Origin: Trypanosoma brucei
Taxonomy: Eukaryota
Reading direction: 5' to 3'
Length of the DNA: 64,000 nucleotides
NCBI GenBank assembly: GCA_000002445.1
Contig: CP000066.1
Coordinates: 576,001-640,000, forward strand
Of this stretch, positions 9,394-18,908 are shown one piece after another. Positions within the stretch are counted from its first letter, which is position 1. Every line of letters begins with the position of its first letter. The position numbers and the translations under genes were made by a program. Below the pieces are notes generated by a model, which saw nothing but the letters and a program-made list of their open reading frames with translations, was not told where the DNA came from and ran no database searches.

Positions 9394-11857
9394 CTGCCGG
9401 CAGACAGCCCGATAACAAACTTTTGTGAAAGCGAGTGAAAATTAAAAAAGGCAGGTTTTTTCTTTTTAATGAGACACAGCGGTATATTGCAAGGTGTAAG
9501 CAATCCCCTACCCCCCCCCCCATCTTAACAGGTGGAGTGCGCAGCTATATACACGCACACATATGTGCATATCCATGCCCGAAAAAGGCAAATAATCCTA
9601 GAGTCGCGGGCGCGCACGAAGAAACAGGTCTGGAAGCTTCCAAAACAACGTGCCAGTAGACAGCATACAATAGAGCAACAAAACGATAGCAGACAACTCT
9701 ACACGTTGTCTTCAAGGAAGGTTTCCACACTTCTGCAAAGCAGACAAGAGGAAATCGAAAGTGACAGGACCGAAAAGGGTTAATAAACCCAAAACACCAG
9801 TACAGCCAGCCCACCCACTGTCCGCCAAAACGGGACCACTGTCTAATGAAATTTAGACATCTGCAGACCCTCAGAAAACTACGGCCCCAAATTCCTCAGT
9901 AGTAGATGCGACCTTTTATCCCCGAAATAAATTTAAAAAGTGGAGGATAGCGCATACAATACTTACCATTTCCCCCAGCCAAACTTCCCGATGCGAAAGT
10001 CTGAGGACCCGCAGGGAACGGCACTGCACTCTGTCCTCTTTCTCAAATTGAAGGACGGAACAAGATGTTAGTAGACAGAATGATAGTTGTCCGGTTCTGT
10101 GGCTTTTCGGGAAACCGATAAATGACATTATTGAAGGAATGGCAGGATGATTTGAAAAATCGACCGTAAAAAAAAAAGAAAGAAACTACTGAGACATCTG
10201 GCGTTCGAAAGCTGGCCATCTCGGAACGAACGCAAGGCAGTGCGACTATACAGATGTCGGGGTGCTGCCACTAAACCTAAGAAACGCTACAGCATCTGCG
10301 AAAAGAAAGGGAATGAAAAGGCCAGAACTGTTAGCCCTCATGCCAAAGGTTGCGGTTGCCCCTAGAAACATCTTAGCTTAGGGGGGCCAAGCTTCGGTAC
10401 TGCACTCAACCGCCATCAGCCACAGCTGCATATGTTTTGTTGGTTATTTAAGCCTAGTGGTGCGTGTCGCAAAGCCCTTTTAGGCTTCCAGCTTCCATTG
10501 CCTGGGATATGCCCCTTATTTCTGAGAAGCATGGCGCGAGTCTGGTAACATTCCCAAATAATCAACAACGGCAAGACGACGTGCACAACACCCGTCTGCT
10601 GAGCGAGAGTGTGATTATAATAAAGAGGGCGGGCCAAATAACTCTGCTTGTGGAATCGCCCCCATGGAAGCCTCCTAGGGTGCCAGCGTCCCTCCAAGGT
10701 CGACCCGTTCTACGTTTGTTGTTTTTTTTTTCCTGGTTGGCAGCCGTGATTTTAGTTGCGTTTTCACATACACTGAACGGCGGCAGTGCAAGTGCAATGG
10801 CCAAGCGTCCGGATACACACAACTCTGTTTAATTACTTACAATCACCGTTCATGCAATACCGTTTTGTTTTTTTTTTGTGGGGAGAGGGTAACGGCCAAC
10901 AGTGACTCGAAGACGCAGCGCATGTTTGCACTTGCCTATCACAGTTTGCGCGTGTTTTGGTGCTGCCCGCGACACTCCATTTGCCTTGTCCGACAGTTCC
11001 TTGAACAAACTAGGCGTTTGGGGGCGAGATATTCTCAGGACGGTCCCTTCTAGCATGCAAGATTGCCCGTCCAAGCTTGACGCCGCGCTGGTGCAGCTTT
11101 CCCCTCCCACGCGCGCCGCCATTTCCGGGGTTTCAATCCTGTAGGTGGAGGTGACCTTCCGCTACACTCGTCCAAGAGTCCGGTGCAAATCTGAGCGGGT
11201 TTCTGTGGGGCCGTTGGGCCCGCCGCCGCTATGTTTGGTTCACTGCCGGGAGGAAAGTGCCCCCCTCCCCTGTTGCGGGTGTTCGGTGGCCTTCGGGTCA
11301 GTAGTGCGAACTTCCCACCCGGGCTTTGGCGTGTTCCCCTGTTGTTGTCTTGACCGGGGAGGTTACGCTCCTCTGTGTGCGTGCGGTTGCCATTCCAATC
11401 TTTGTTTGAAGGCGAAGATCTGCCGCGGCCACTTCGCGATCCGCTGCTGCAATGGAAGTGAGAGTGGAAGATATTCTTAGCAATGATGTGGTCTTTCGCT
11501 GCCCCTCTTAGTACCACCTTCCTATTATGTTTTTTTTACCGCTATCAAAGACACGTTCTTCAATTGTCACGTCACATACGAAACTGTGTTTTTCGTGCGC
11601 GTGCACACGCACGCATGTAAAAGCTGAGTTTGCTGACATTGTAATGCATACACTTTTTTATTACACTATTTCCAGACGATGCATCCCAAAATAGAAACGT
11701 TTGATCGCGTGGCTGGTTAGTTGTTGATTGGGGCGATTTTGTGCTTCACGACGCTTCTTGTTATTTTTTATTTGTATGGCTATTGTGTGATTCTTTCTCA
11801 CTCTTTTTCCCTTTTTTTCTTTGTTTTCCCTGTCACTTATTCTTACGAACAGGGGGT
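9394..11857. promoter_or_regulatory. Divergent strand-switch region between minus-strand and plus-strand gene clusters; probable RNA Pol II transcription start region
   Basis: Coding strand flips here (last minus-strand CDS ends at 9393, first plus-strand CDS starts at 11858). It contains a C11 homopolymer (9511-9521), a G6 run (10381-10386) and a GC-rich block (11150-11480). Divergent switch regions are the known Pol II start sites in trypanosomatids. Confidence 0.7.
11150..11480 (+). ncRNA. Candidate structured small RNA (possibly 7SL/SRP-RNA-like); identity unconfirmed
   Basis: A roughly 330-bp block is much more GC-rich than the surrounding spacer. Only GC-driven Cys/Arg/Gly-rich pseudo-ORFs appear on both strands. 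Many local hairpins are present (GGGAGG...CCTCCC, GGCCUUCGGGUC). Segment GGUCAGUAGUGCGAAC resembles the human 7SL 3'-domain GAUCAGUAGUGGGAUCGC. A T8 run lies at 11520-11527. Confidence 0.25.
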
Positions 11858-13183
11858 ATGTCCGCCATAGAACAGGCTAACTTTCGCCTACAAGCAGGTT
11901 CCGAGTTAGTGGTTGTAGTGCCCTACAGCACCGAGCGTTGTTCCGCTACCTTAAAAGTGGTGTCTGGGGCCGGTGGCTTGGAGCCGCGGGTGGATGTGCT
12001 TGGCGCCCCAGTTATTGTAGATGTATCGTACAATCTTCCTCCTGGAATCACCTTTACAGTCTTTACATGGAGCAACGCTAACATTCGAATTGAAGGATCA
12101 AAACAACTCGTTCAGAACTGTTTTCGCTCAACAACCCATCCATTTGCCCGTTCCATTGTTGAGTACCACTGCTTAATTCATAACGCTCGTCTACTTGCTG
12201 ACAAACAGGGTTTGTTTGGACCGATGGTCCTTATATGCGGGCAAAATGACACTGAGAAGCATGCAATATCTAGGACTCTTAGCAGCTATGCCGCAAGAAC
12301 AGGATGGGCCCCTCAATTTGTTGATCTTGATTGTGGGATGGGTCAGTTATTAAGCACTCCGGGAACTGTTGCAGCATGTGTAAGTGAGTGTCCGATGACA
12401 TTAGACGAGGATACCAGCACTGGTCCCCTTTCGGTTGCTTTTTTCGTAGGCTCGACCGAACCGCAGGTAAAAGGTGTTTCTGGGGAGTGGAACATGTTTG
12501 CCCCTTATGTTCATTATTGCCGTTTGCTACTATCATGTGTAAGTGAGCGAATAGCAAGACACAAGGGCGGGGCTGGAGGATCTAGTGGTGCAATCATCGT
12601 GCTGCCTGAACTGAGAGGGAGCAATGGACTGCTTTTCGTCGTGGATATCATTCGTCAGTTCAACATTTCGCATATTCTATGCGTGGGTGACGATTTCCTC
12701 TTTTGTGGACTCCACGAGAGGATACCGAGGTTGCGTGAACATATGGCTTCGCGTGTTGGTGGGGATATTCGTCTTGATAAACTATCGGGATCGCCTCACT
12801 TTCCTTCGCCAGACACTCGAACCGAACGTCTTTCCTCCATAATGGAAAGATATTTTTTTGGTGGTGGTGCAGTCGATCTCCAACCTTCAGAAATTAATAG
12901 GCGGTATGCAAGCATTGAGATACTTCTCTTAAAGGAAGCTAACGGACAGGCGGTAGTTTCCCCAGTAGAGCAGGATGCACTAGAGGGAGTTGTTGGGTGC
13001 GTGGGGTCCTTGTTTGAGTCATCCGCCATTCATGAGAAAGGTGCTCTTTCTCTTGCCCCATTTGCTCTCGCGAGGGTGCAGGGGATCGACGCCAATGGAG
13101 TCAGCCTTCTTGTGAGCACGCACTCGGCAATTCCAGAGAGGCTAACCATGATCGTGGGAGCTTTCCGGTGGGTAACAAGTTAA
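11858..13183 (+). CDS. Clp1-family protein (pre-mRNA cleavage complex II / polynucleotide 5'-kinase Clp1 homologue) with non-canonical P-loop
   Basis: FVDLDCGMGQLLSTPGTVAA matches the Clp1 signature (human [20 protein letters not shown]). Walker-A position reads GQNDTEKH instead of GPTDVGKS. The ORF track starts at 11741, but the first 39 codons translate a pyrimidine tract, so ATG 11858 (MSAIEQ) is chosen. Confidence 0.7.
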   Translation: MSAIEQANFRLQAGSELVVVVPYSTERCSATLKVVSGAGGLEPRVDVLGAPVIVDVSYNLPPGITFTVFTWSNANIRIEGSKQLVQNCFRSTTHPFARSIVEYHCLIHNARLLADKQGLFGPMVLICGQNDTEKHAISRTLSSYAARTGWAPQFVDLDCGMGQLLSTPGTVAACVSECPMTLDEDTSTGPLSVAFFVGSTEPQVKGVSGEWNMFAPYVHYCRLLLSCVSERIARHKGGAGGSSGAIIVLPELRGSNGLLFVVDIIRQFNISHILCVGDDFLFCGLHERIPRLREHMASRVGGDIRLDKLSGSPHFPSPDTRTERLSSIMERYFFGGGAVDLQPSEINRRYASIEILLLKEANGQAVVSPVEQDALEGVVGCVGSLFESSAIHEKGALSLAPFALARVQGIDANGVSLLVSTHSAIPERLTMIVGAFRWVTS

Positions 13184-13442
13184 TGAACAGGATATATTTT
13201 TTTGCTGTGCAATTCCACCCATTTACGACATCGTGAAACGGCCGAAGGGAGGGTTTGTACTATTTAACGTATTTGCAGACATTTCCTGGAGTGGATAACC
13301 ACACAAATGCCCACACATGTATGTGATCGTGTGGCCACTACTAACGCGCGATTGCTATTTTTACACTCCGGCTTTGAAGGAGGCTCTTTCTGCTTCTTGT
13401 CGAACTCTCTAATATTTCTGTAACCAAAGAGTTCAAAGCTTT

Positions 13443-15236
13443 ATGAACCCTTTATGCGAAATCATTAAGCTTAGCAGTCTTCGCGATGCTATGGTTGAGG
13501 AGCTAACGAAAATTATTAAGGGTCCCAAGTCAACTGAAAGTGATACGAAGGTGATTTATGCGTCTCCTAATATCCACTCAACATTGGGGACTATTTTTCC
13601 GACTGAAGAAACACTTCATAGTGGCCTTGGGGTATTGGGAATATTTCCGTTAGGTGTTGAAGCTGACATCGTAGAGGCAGACCGGGGTGTCTTCTTGGTG
13701 AATGCGGACATCGAATCACTTCGAAAGCTAGAGGGAACTTTGCTTAAATTCGCAGAGACAAACCCAAACGCCCCGCTCCATACCCTTTTTGTACCGAAAA
13801 AAACTGTTATGATTGAAGAAATAATGGAAAACAGTTTTCAGTCACTACTCTCTAACCCGAAGTTGCAAATAGAAGAGTTTGATTGGGACGCCTTCCCGCT
13901 AGATGATGACGTTGTGTCATTGGAATTGCCCCTTTCTTTTAGGCAGCTGGTGGGCGATGGAGATCCGACGGTTCTCTTCTTGTGTGCGAGAATGGTACTA
14001 AAGCTCCAGACATCGTTCTTTGGTTCAATACCCATAGTAAGAGGTCGGGGAGCACATGCAGCAAAAGTGGTTCATATGCTTAAGAGGATGCGCAGCGAAA
14101 TTGGCAGTGATTCTTTCGTAGCTGTGGCACCCAAGATCGAGTCTTTGCTTATTCTTGATAGGTCGGTGGATTTGTTAACACCGTCGCTCACCCAAATGAC
14201 TTATGAGGGTATCATAGACGAATTTTTCTCCATAAGCTCCGGGGGCGTCACTTTATCGTTTGACGTTGGCGAAGGTTCAAACCTGTGCACAGGTCAACGC
14301 ATTCACTTGTCTAACGACGACAAAGTATTCAAAGAGATCCGTGACAAGAACTACACCCATGTCGGGTCCGTTCTCCACAACAAGTCGGTTTGGATAAAGC
14401 AATGTTACGACAAGCGAAAGGAACTTCAGCAGCTCAAGGAACTCAAGGATTTTATGAAAGGGTTACCTGAAATGCAGGAAATGCATCGTTTAATTGGAGT
14501 CCACACAGCGATAGCAACAGAGATTGGAAAGAGGACGCAGACCATTGACTTTAGGCGGCGAATCGTCATAGAGCATTATATCTTACAGCAGACGAATGAA
14601 CGAGAAGTGTTTGAGTACATTGAAGAGCTCGCCAACGACAGCGCGCCGATGGAAGATGTTCTCAGACTTCTTTCTTTGTATTCAGTTATAAATGGAGGCT
14701 TGAAAGACAAATTTTACGATCATTTTAAACGGGTTCTGTTACTTTCATACGGTATTCCTTTTGCTATGGCCACGCTAATGTGTCTTGAACGATGTGGTTT
14801 GATAACAAAATACGATACGAAGCATTCAAATTATTCGTCACTACAGAAGCAATTTAAATTATGGACATCCGAATTACAGAATCAGCAGCAGAATGACTTA
14901 GCACTTCCATATGGCGGGTACGTGCCTCTCTCCGTACGACTGCTTGAAAAGGTGATAACTCATCCCGAGTCGTGGAGCACACCTGGGAGTATGGGAGAGT
15001 CCAGTCCTGATGAAAAAGTTGAAATTCGCTACAATGAAGAGACACCTGAAGGCCCACCGGTAACGATGTTTCTTCTTATTGGAGGTATCACACGCGCTGA
15101 GATAAGCGCAATAAGGCTCCTGCAGTCGAAGTTGGCCGATGCCGGTAATCCACGACGCATTGTCGTTGCGACGACAAGTATTGTGAATGGGGCTACAGTT
15201 ATAACTTCAGCACTGCCCTATCCTTTGGAAGAGTAG
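13443..15236 (+). CDS. Sec1/Munc18-family protein VPS33
   Basis: Multiple colinear matches to human VPS33A as I recall it: [30 protein letters not shown] versus [43 protein letters not shown] versus [24 protein letters not shown] versus YSGYAPLSVRL; C-terminal [10 protein letters not shown] versus VIATTKLMNG. Confidence 0.85.
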   Translation: [597 protein letters not shown]

Positions 15237-15398
15237 TGTACCGTTGCTGTGCTCACAAGTTTTTTTCTCCGGCGGCTAGTCGCGTTACCATAATTGTTTT
15301 TTTTTTAATTGCTGGAGGAAACAAGTGATCAAATATATGAGGTTCATTGGCTTTCTTTTGTCCCTTCTCTTTTTTCTTTGAACACACTTTCTCTCCAG

Positions 15399-16520
15399 AT
15401 GTCCGGGCCGCCTAAGCAGTGCTACTACGAGTTGCTTCAGGTTGACAGAAAAGCGTCATCAGAGGAAATACGCCAGGCATACAAGAAACAAGCACTCATT
15501 CACCACCCGGACAAGAACTATAGCAACGAACAAAGTACGATAGAAAAGTTCAAGGATATTCAAAATGCCTATGCCGTCTTAAGTGACCCTGATGAGCGTG
15601 CCTGGTATGATGCTCACCGAGAAAGCATACTAAATGGGGAGGACGCTGACAGTTCTCAGCATGAGGTTAACCTCTATTGCTACTTCACATCCAGGTGCTT
15701 CGATGGCTTTGACGATAACGAAGGAGGATTTTACTCTGTATATAGGAAGGTCTTCGACCAGCTTATCGAAGATGAAAGTGAGTATAGTTCAAATGCGAAA
15801 ACTTGGCCTCGTTTTGGTGACAGCGCGACGAGCTGGAGTTCTGTTTCCAAGTTTTACAGTCACTGGAGGAATTTCAGTTCCTGCAAGACGTTCGCGTGGA
15901 AAGATGAATATAAGGTGAATGAAATCCCTGACCGCGCATCTAGGAGAATGGCTGAAAGAATCAACCAAAAGCTGAGGACGTCGGCGAAAAAGGAGTACGT
16001 GCAAATTGTCCAGGGTTTGACTCGGTTTGTCCACCGTCGCGACCCTCGTGTGGCTGCGGAACTTACACGGCAGGAGGAAGAAAGACGACTGAAGGAAGAA
16101 GAGAGAGAAAAGAGGGAGCTTGAATGGGCGAAGAACCGTCGTGAAGCTAACGAGAAACTTTGGGCTGAAGCCGCTGAGAAGGAGGCCGAAGAGGAGCGGG
16201 CCAGAATTGAGCGGGGTGAGGCCCCCGATTCGTGCACTCTGGATCTTCTTTACGAGAAACAGAGGCAATGTGAAGAGGCGCGAAAGGTAAAAGGTGGGAC
16301 CAACTGTGGCTTTGCCATGTTGGAGGATGAGCATGAGGACAACTTACCCGAAAAGAAGCGTAGTTGTCCCGCGTGCAAGAAGCAGTTCAAAACTGATGCT
16401 CAGTACAAGGAACATGTGAACAGCAGCAAGCACAAAGCGAAGCTGCGGCAGCTGTCGGCAAAGGGTGTTGACATTGAAACCCTAATGAATGAGGAGAAAG
16501 ATATCAGTACCTGCGTGTAA
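15399..16520 (+). CDS. DnaJ (J-domain) protein with C-terminal C2H2 zinc finger (DNAJC21/Jjj1-like)
   Basis: J-domain (YYELLQV...HPDKN...AYAVLSDPDERAWYD), charged Lys/Glu coiled region and CPACKKQFKTDAQYKEHVNSSKHK C2H2 finger. The ORF-track N-terminal extension (15309) is pyrimidine-tract read-through, so ATG 15399 (MSGPPKQ) is chosen. Confidence 0.85.
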   Translation: MSGPPKQCYYELLQVDRKASSEEIRQAYKKQALIHHPDKNYSNEQSTIEKFKDIQNAYAVLSDPDERAWYDAHRESILNGEDADSSQHEVNLYCYFTSRCFDGFDDNEGGFYSVYRKVFDQLIEDESEYSSNAKTWPRFGDSATSWSSVSKFYSHWRNFSSCKTFAWKDEYKVNEIPDRASRRMAERINQKLRTSAKKEYVQIVQGLTRFVHRRDPRVAAELTRQEEERRLKEEEREKRELEWAKNRREANEKLWAEAAEKEAEEERARIERGEAPDSCTLDLLYEKQRQCEEARKVKGGTNCGFAMLEDEHEDNLPEKKRSCPACKKQFKTDAQYKEHVNSSKHKAKLRQLSAKGVDIETLMNEEKDISTCV

Positions 16521-16646
16521 AACATTTAATTGTATGCTTTCATAGTTCTTATCAAGTTTTTGGGCACTCGTTCTTTTCTACCCCTCCCCAACACACTGCC
16601 AGTATGCTCTACACCTGACCTCTACACTTATTTGTTTAAGTAACAA

Positions 16647-17252
16647 ATGCTCCACACAGTGAGCGAGTTGGCGATGCGCAGGTGTTTGTGCCTGCGTGGC
16701 TTTCGTCCTCAGGTGGCGGTAAGCGCCCTTGGCATTGATTTACGGAGTTGTGGCGTGCGCTTTTGCGCATCGAAGCCTCCTGGGATTCATTTGACTCAGC
16801 GTACGTCCGAGGGCCCGGTCAGCGATGACCCCAGGCGGGGTGCTGTGAGGAACAATATCGAGGAGTTGGTAAAGAATCTCTCAGAGGAGGACCAAAGATT
16901 AATTCTCAGCGCTCTGCAGGATCCAGAGGCGCAACCCAGTTCGAAGATGGGTGGCCCTGGAATAGGCACAAAAACAGGTGACATGGTTGCGGCGTTCACG
17001 TGTGGGCAGTGTGAACATCGTATGGTCAAGAGGTTTAGCAAACATGCTTACACAAAAGGTATTGTAATTGTTCAGTGTCCCTCTTGTGAAGTGCGACATC
17101 TACTCGCCGACAACCTTGGCTGGTTTGTGGATGGGGCCAAGAACGTTGAAGAAATGCTCCGCGAAAAAGGCGATTCTTTTATTCGTGTGGGTAATGATTA
17201 TCAAGTTGAACCGACTAGTGTTGGGACTGAGCGCGACGGTAATAATAACTGA
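16647..17252 (+). CDS. DNL-type zinc-finger protein (mitochondrial Hsp70 escort protein Hep1/Zim17/Tim15 family)
   Basis: FTCGQCEHRMVKRF...VIVQCPSCEVRHLLADNLGWF is the diagnostic DNL zinc-ribbon motif. The Arg-rich N-terminus is consistent with a mitochondrial presequence. An alternative start at 16674 is possible. Confidence 0.8.
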   Translation: MLHTVSELAMRRCLCLRGFRPQVAVSALGIDLRSCGVRFCASKPPGIHLTQRTSEGPVSDDPRRGAVRNNIEELVKNLSEEDQRLILSALQDPEAQPSSKMGGPGIGTKTGDMVAAFTCGQCEHRMVKRFSKHAYTKGIVIVQCPSCEVRHLLADNLGWFVDGAKNVEEMLREKGDSFIRVGNDYQVEPTSVGTERDGNNN

Positions 17253-17474
17253 GTTTTCCTCCGTTTTCCCTTCCCACTCCCCTCTTTGGTTGTCAAACTA
17301 CCCGGTGAGGATACCAGATTTCACTAAAGCTACCCTGTTGAGACACTTGCTGGTTTGTATCCCCCTCAACATTTTATGCCGCACTTATACACTTCTCGTT
17401 AGGTTTTGGGGATACCTGCATCACCTGTAGCATAGTAGGACGATACACGTATATCAACGAGAAGTGTCACAAAG

Positions 17475-18377
17475 ATGAGTTACGAGATACAACCCATATT
17501 GAAGGGGACGAAACGCGACCCAGCAACGCGGAAGTACAACAGGGCAGCGGGAAAGGGTCCTTTTGGTGCCTTCCCCCCAGGCTACGCTCCCAAGCAGGAG
17601 AAGCCCAGCATCCCTATCGAGGGACCGGTAGCGGTGCAAGGTGTGCGCTTCGCGTATAAGGGAACCGTTCAGCGCACAGGTGGCACCACGACATCCTTGT
17701 ATAAGGGTCGCCAACAACATGAGAGTGCAGTCGCCTTTACTACCAACGGTGCCGGTGACAGCAAGCCACCCAAAGCGGGTGCATTCAAGCGTCGATTGAT
17801 ACCACCCACTGAGTTCCGTCGGTACTATGATCGTGGAGACTTGCCGTTGTCTGTTGCTCATGGAAACCGCCCCACTATTGACTGGAAGGTAGATGTGGAA
17901 AGGCTTGATTATCACCATTATCTTCCTATATTCTTTGATGGGATTCGTGAGACGGAGGAGCCGTATATGTTTCTTGCGAGACAAGGGTGTTTGGATCTGC
18001 TAAAGCGTGGTGGTCCCAAGATACTCCCAACAATCCCTCAGCTGATTATTCCCATAAAAACTGCTTTAAACACGCGGCACCCGGAGATCATTTGCGCAAC
18101 GCTTCGGATTCTTCAACAACTGATTGTCAGTGGTGATCTGATTGGTGAGGCCTTGGTTCCTTACTACCGTCAGATACTTCCTATGTTTAACCTCTTTAAG
18201 AGCCGCCACAAGAATCGAGCCCGTGGAGATGCCATTGATTTTGGACAAAGGAAGCGCGACGATGTCGGCGATTTGGTTATTGAGACACTTCAGCTGTTGG
18301 AGGTTCATGGTGGCGACGATGCGTATATCAACATCAAATATATGGTGCCGACGTATGAGAGCTGTATTTTCAGTTGA
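17475..18377 (+). CDS. PACRG: Parkin co-regulated gene protein (PACRG) homologue, axonemal
   Basis: Near-identical blocks to human PACRG as recalled: [67 protein letters not shown]. Confidence 0.9.
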   Translation: MSYEIQPILKGTKRDPATRKYNRAAGKGPFGAFPPGYAPKQEKPSIPIEGPVAVQGVRFAYKGTVQRTGGTTTSLYKGRQQHESAVAFTTNGAGDSKPPKAGAFKRRLIPPTEFRRYYDRGDLPLSVAHGNRPTIDWKVDVERLDYHHYLPIFFDGIRETEEPYMFLARQGCLDLLKRGGPKILPTIPQLIIPIKTALNTRHPEIICATLRILQQLIVSGDLIGEALVPYYRQILPMFNLFKSRHKNRARGDAIDFGQRKRDDVGDLVIETLQLLEVHGGDDAYINIKYMVPTYESCIFS

Positions 18378-18908
18378 GCAGCGTGATGCCGGAGGAACGT
18401 CGAGAAGAAAGAATGAGAAAAGATGCGTTTTTTGAAGTTAGAAAAGAAAGCTCACCCCAACTATTGGTTGATTTGTATTCAAAGGCCCCATGATGTCCTC
18501 ATGTAATTTAGATAAGCCTTTTGTTACATGCAGCTGAATACAGTGAAGAAAGCAGCGGATGAATTCCAGGAAGGGGGCGCTCTTCTTCATTTACACCAAG
18601 CAGATAATTTTGTTTTGTTTTGATAGAGTGGCTGCAAGGTGAAGCATACGGTGCTTACCACATAAACATGTACGATGTTCTCCATCAGGTGAAGGTATAG
18701 CCGTGTGCATATACGCAAGGTGTAATTGTGATCATTACCCTTGTATCTTCTTCACCCTTCCATTTACACCATTGTGTTTATATTTCTATCTAATTTATTC
18801 TGCCGTTCCTTTTATTACGCCTCCTTTGGTTACGTAAGTTGGTCGCTCCTTTCAGCGTATACCTCACGGCTGCTTTTTCATTGTGTTGGTTAGGCAAAAG
18901 GAGCATTA

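Noticed and set aside
11050-11517. 155-aa minus-strand and 111-aa plus-strand (11145-11480) ORFs in the GC-rich island
   Set aside because: Both are Arg/Gly/Cys-rich products of high GC content on both strands. I interpret the region as non-coding and possibly a structured RNA instead.
11741-11857. N-terminal extensions of ORF-track entries (also 15309-15398, 34739-34861, 41682-41807, 60394-60684, 56386-56553, 58203-58289, 62846-62956)
   Set aside because: These stretches translate polypyrimidine tracts (Phe/Leu/Ser/Cys-rich) that are the trans-splicing acceptor signals. A downstream in-frame ATG gives the biologically sensible start.
15789-16334. 181-aa and 125-aa minus-strand ORFs antisense to the DnaJ gene
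   Set aside because: They arise from the Glu/Lys/Arg-rich repetitive coding region of the J-protein and are antisense artefacts.
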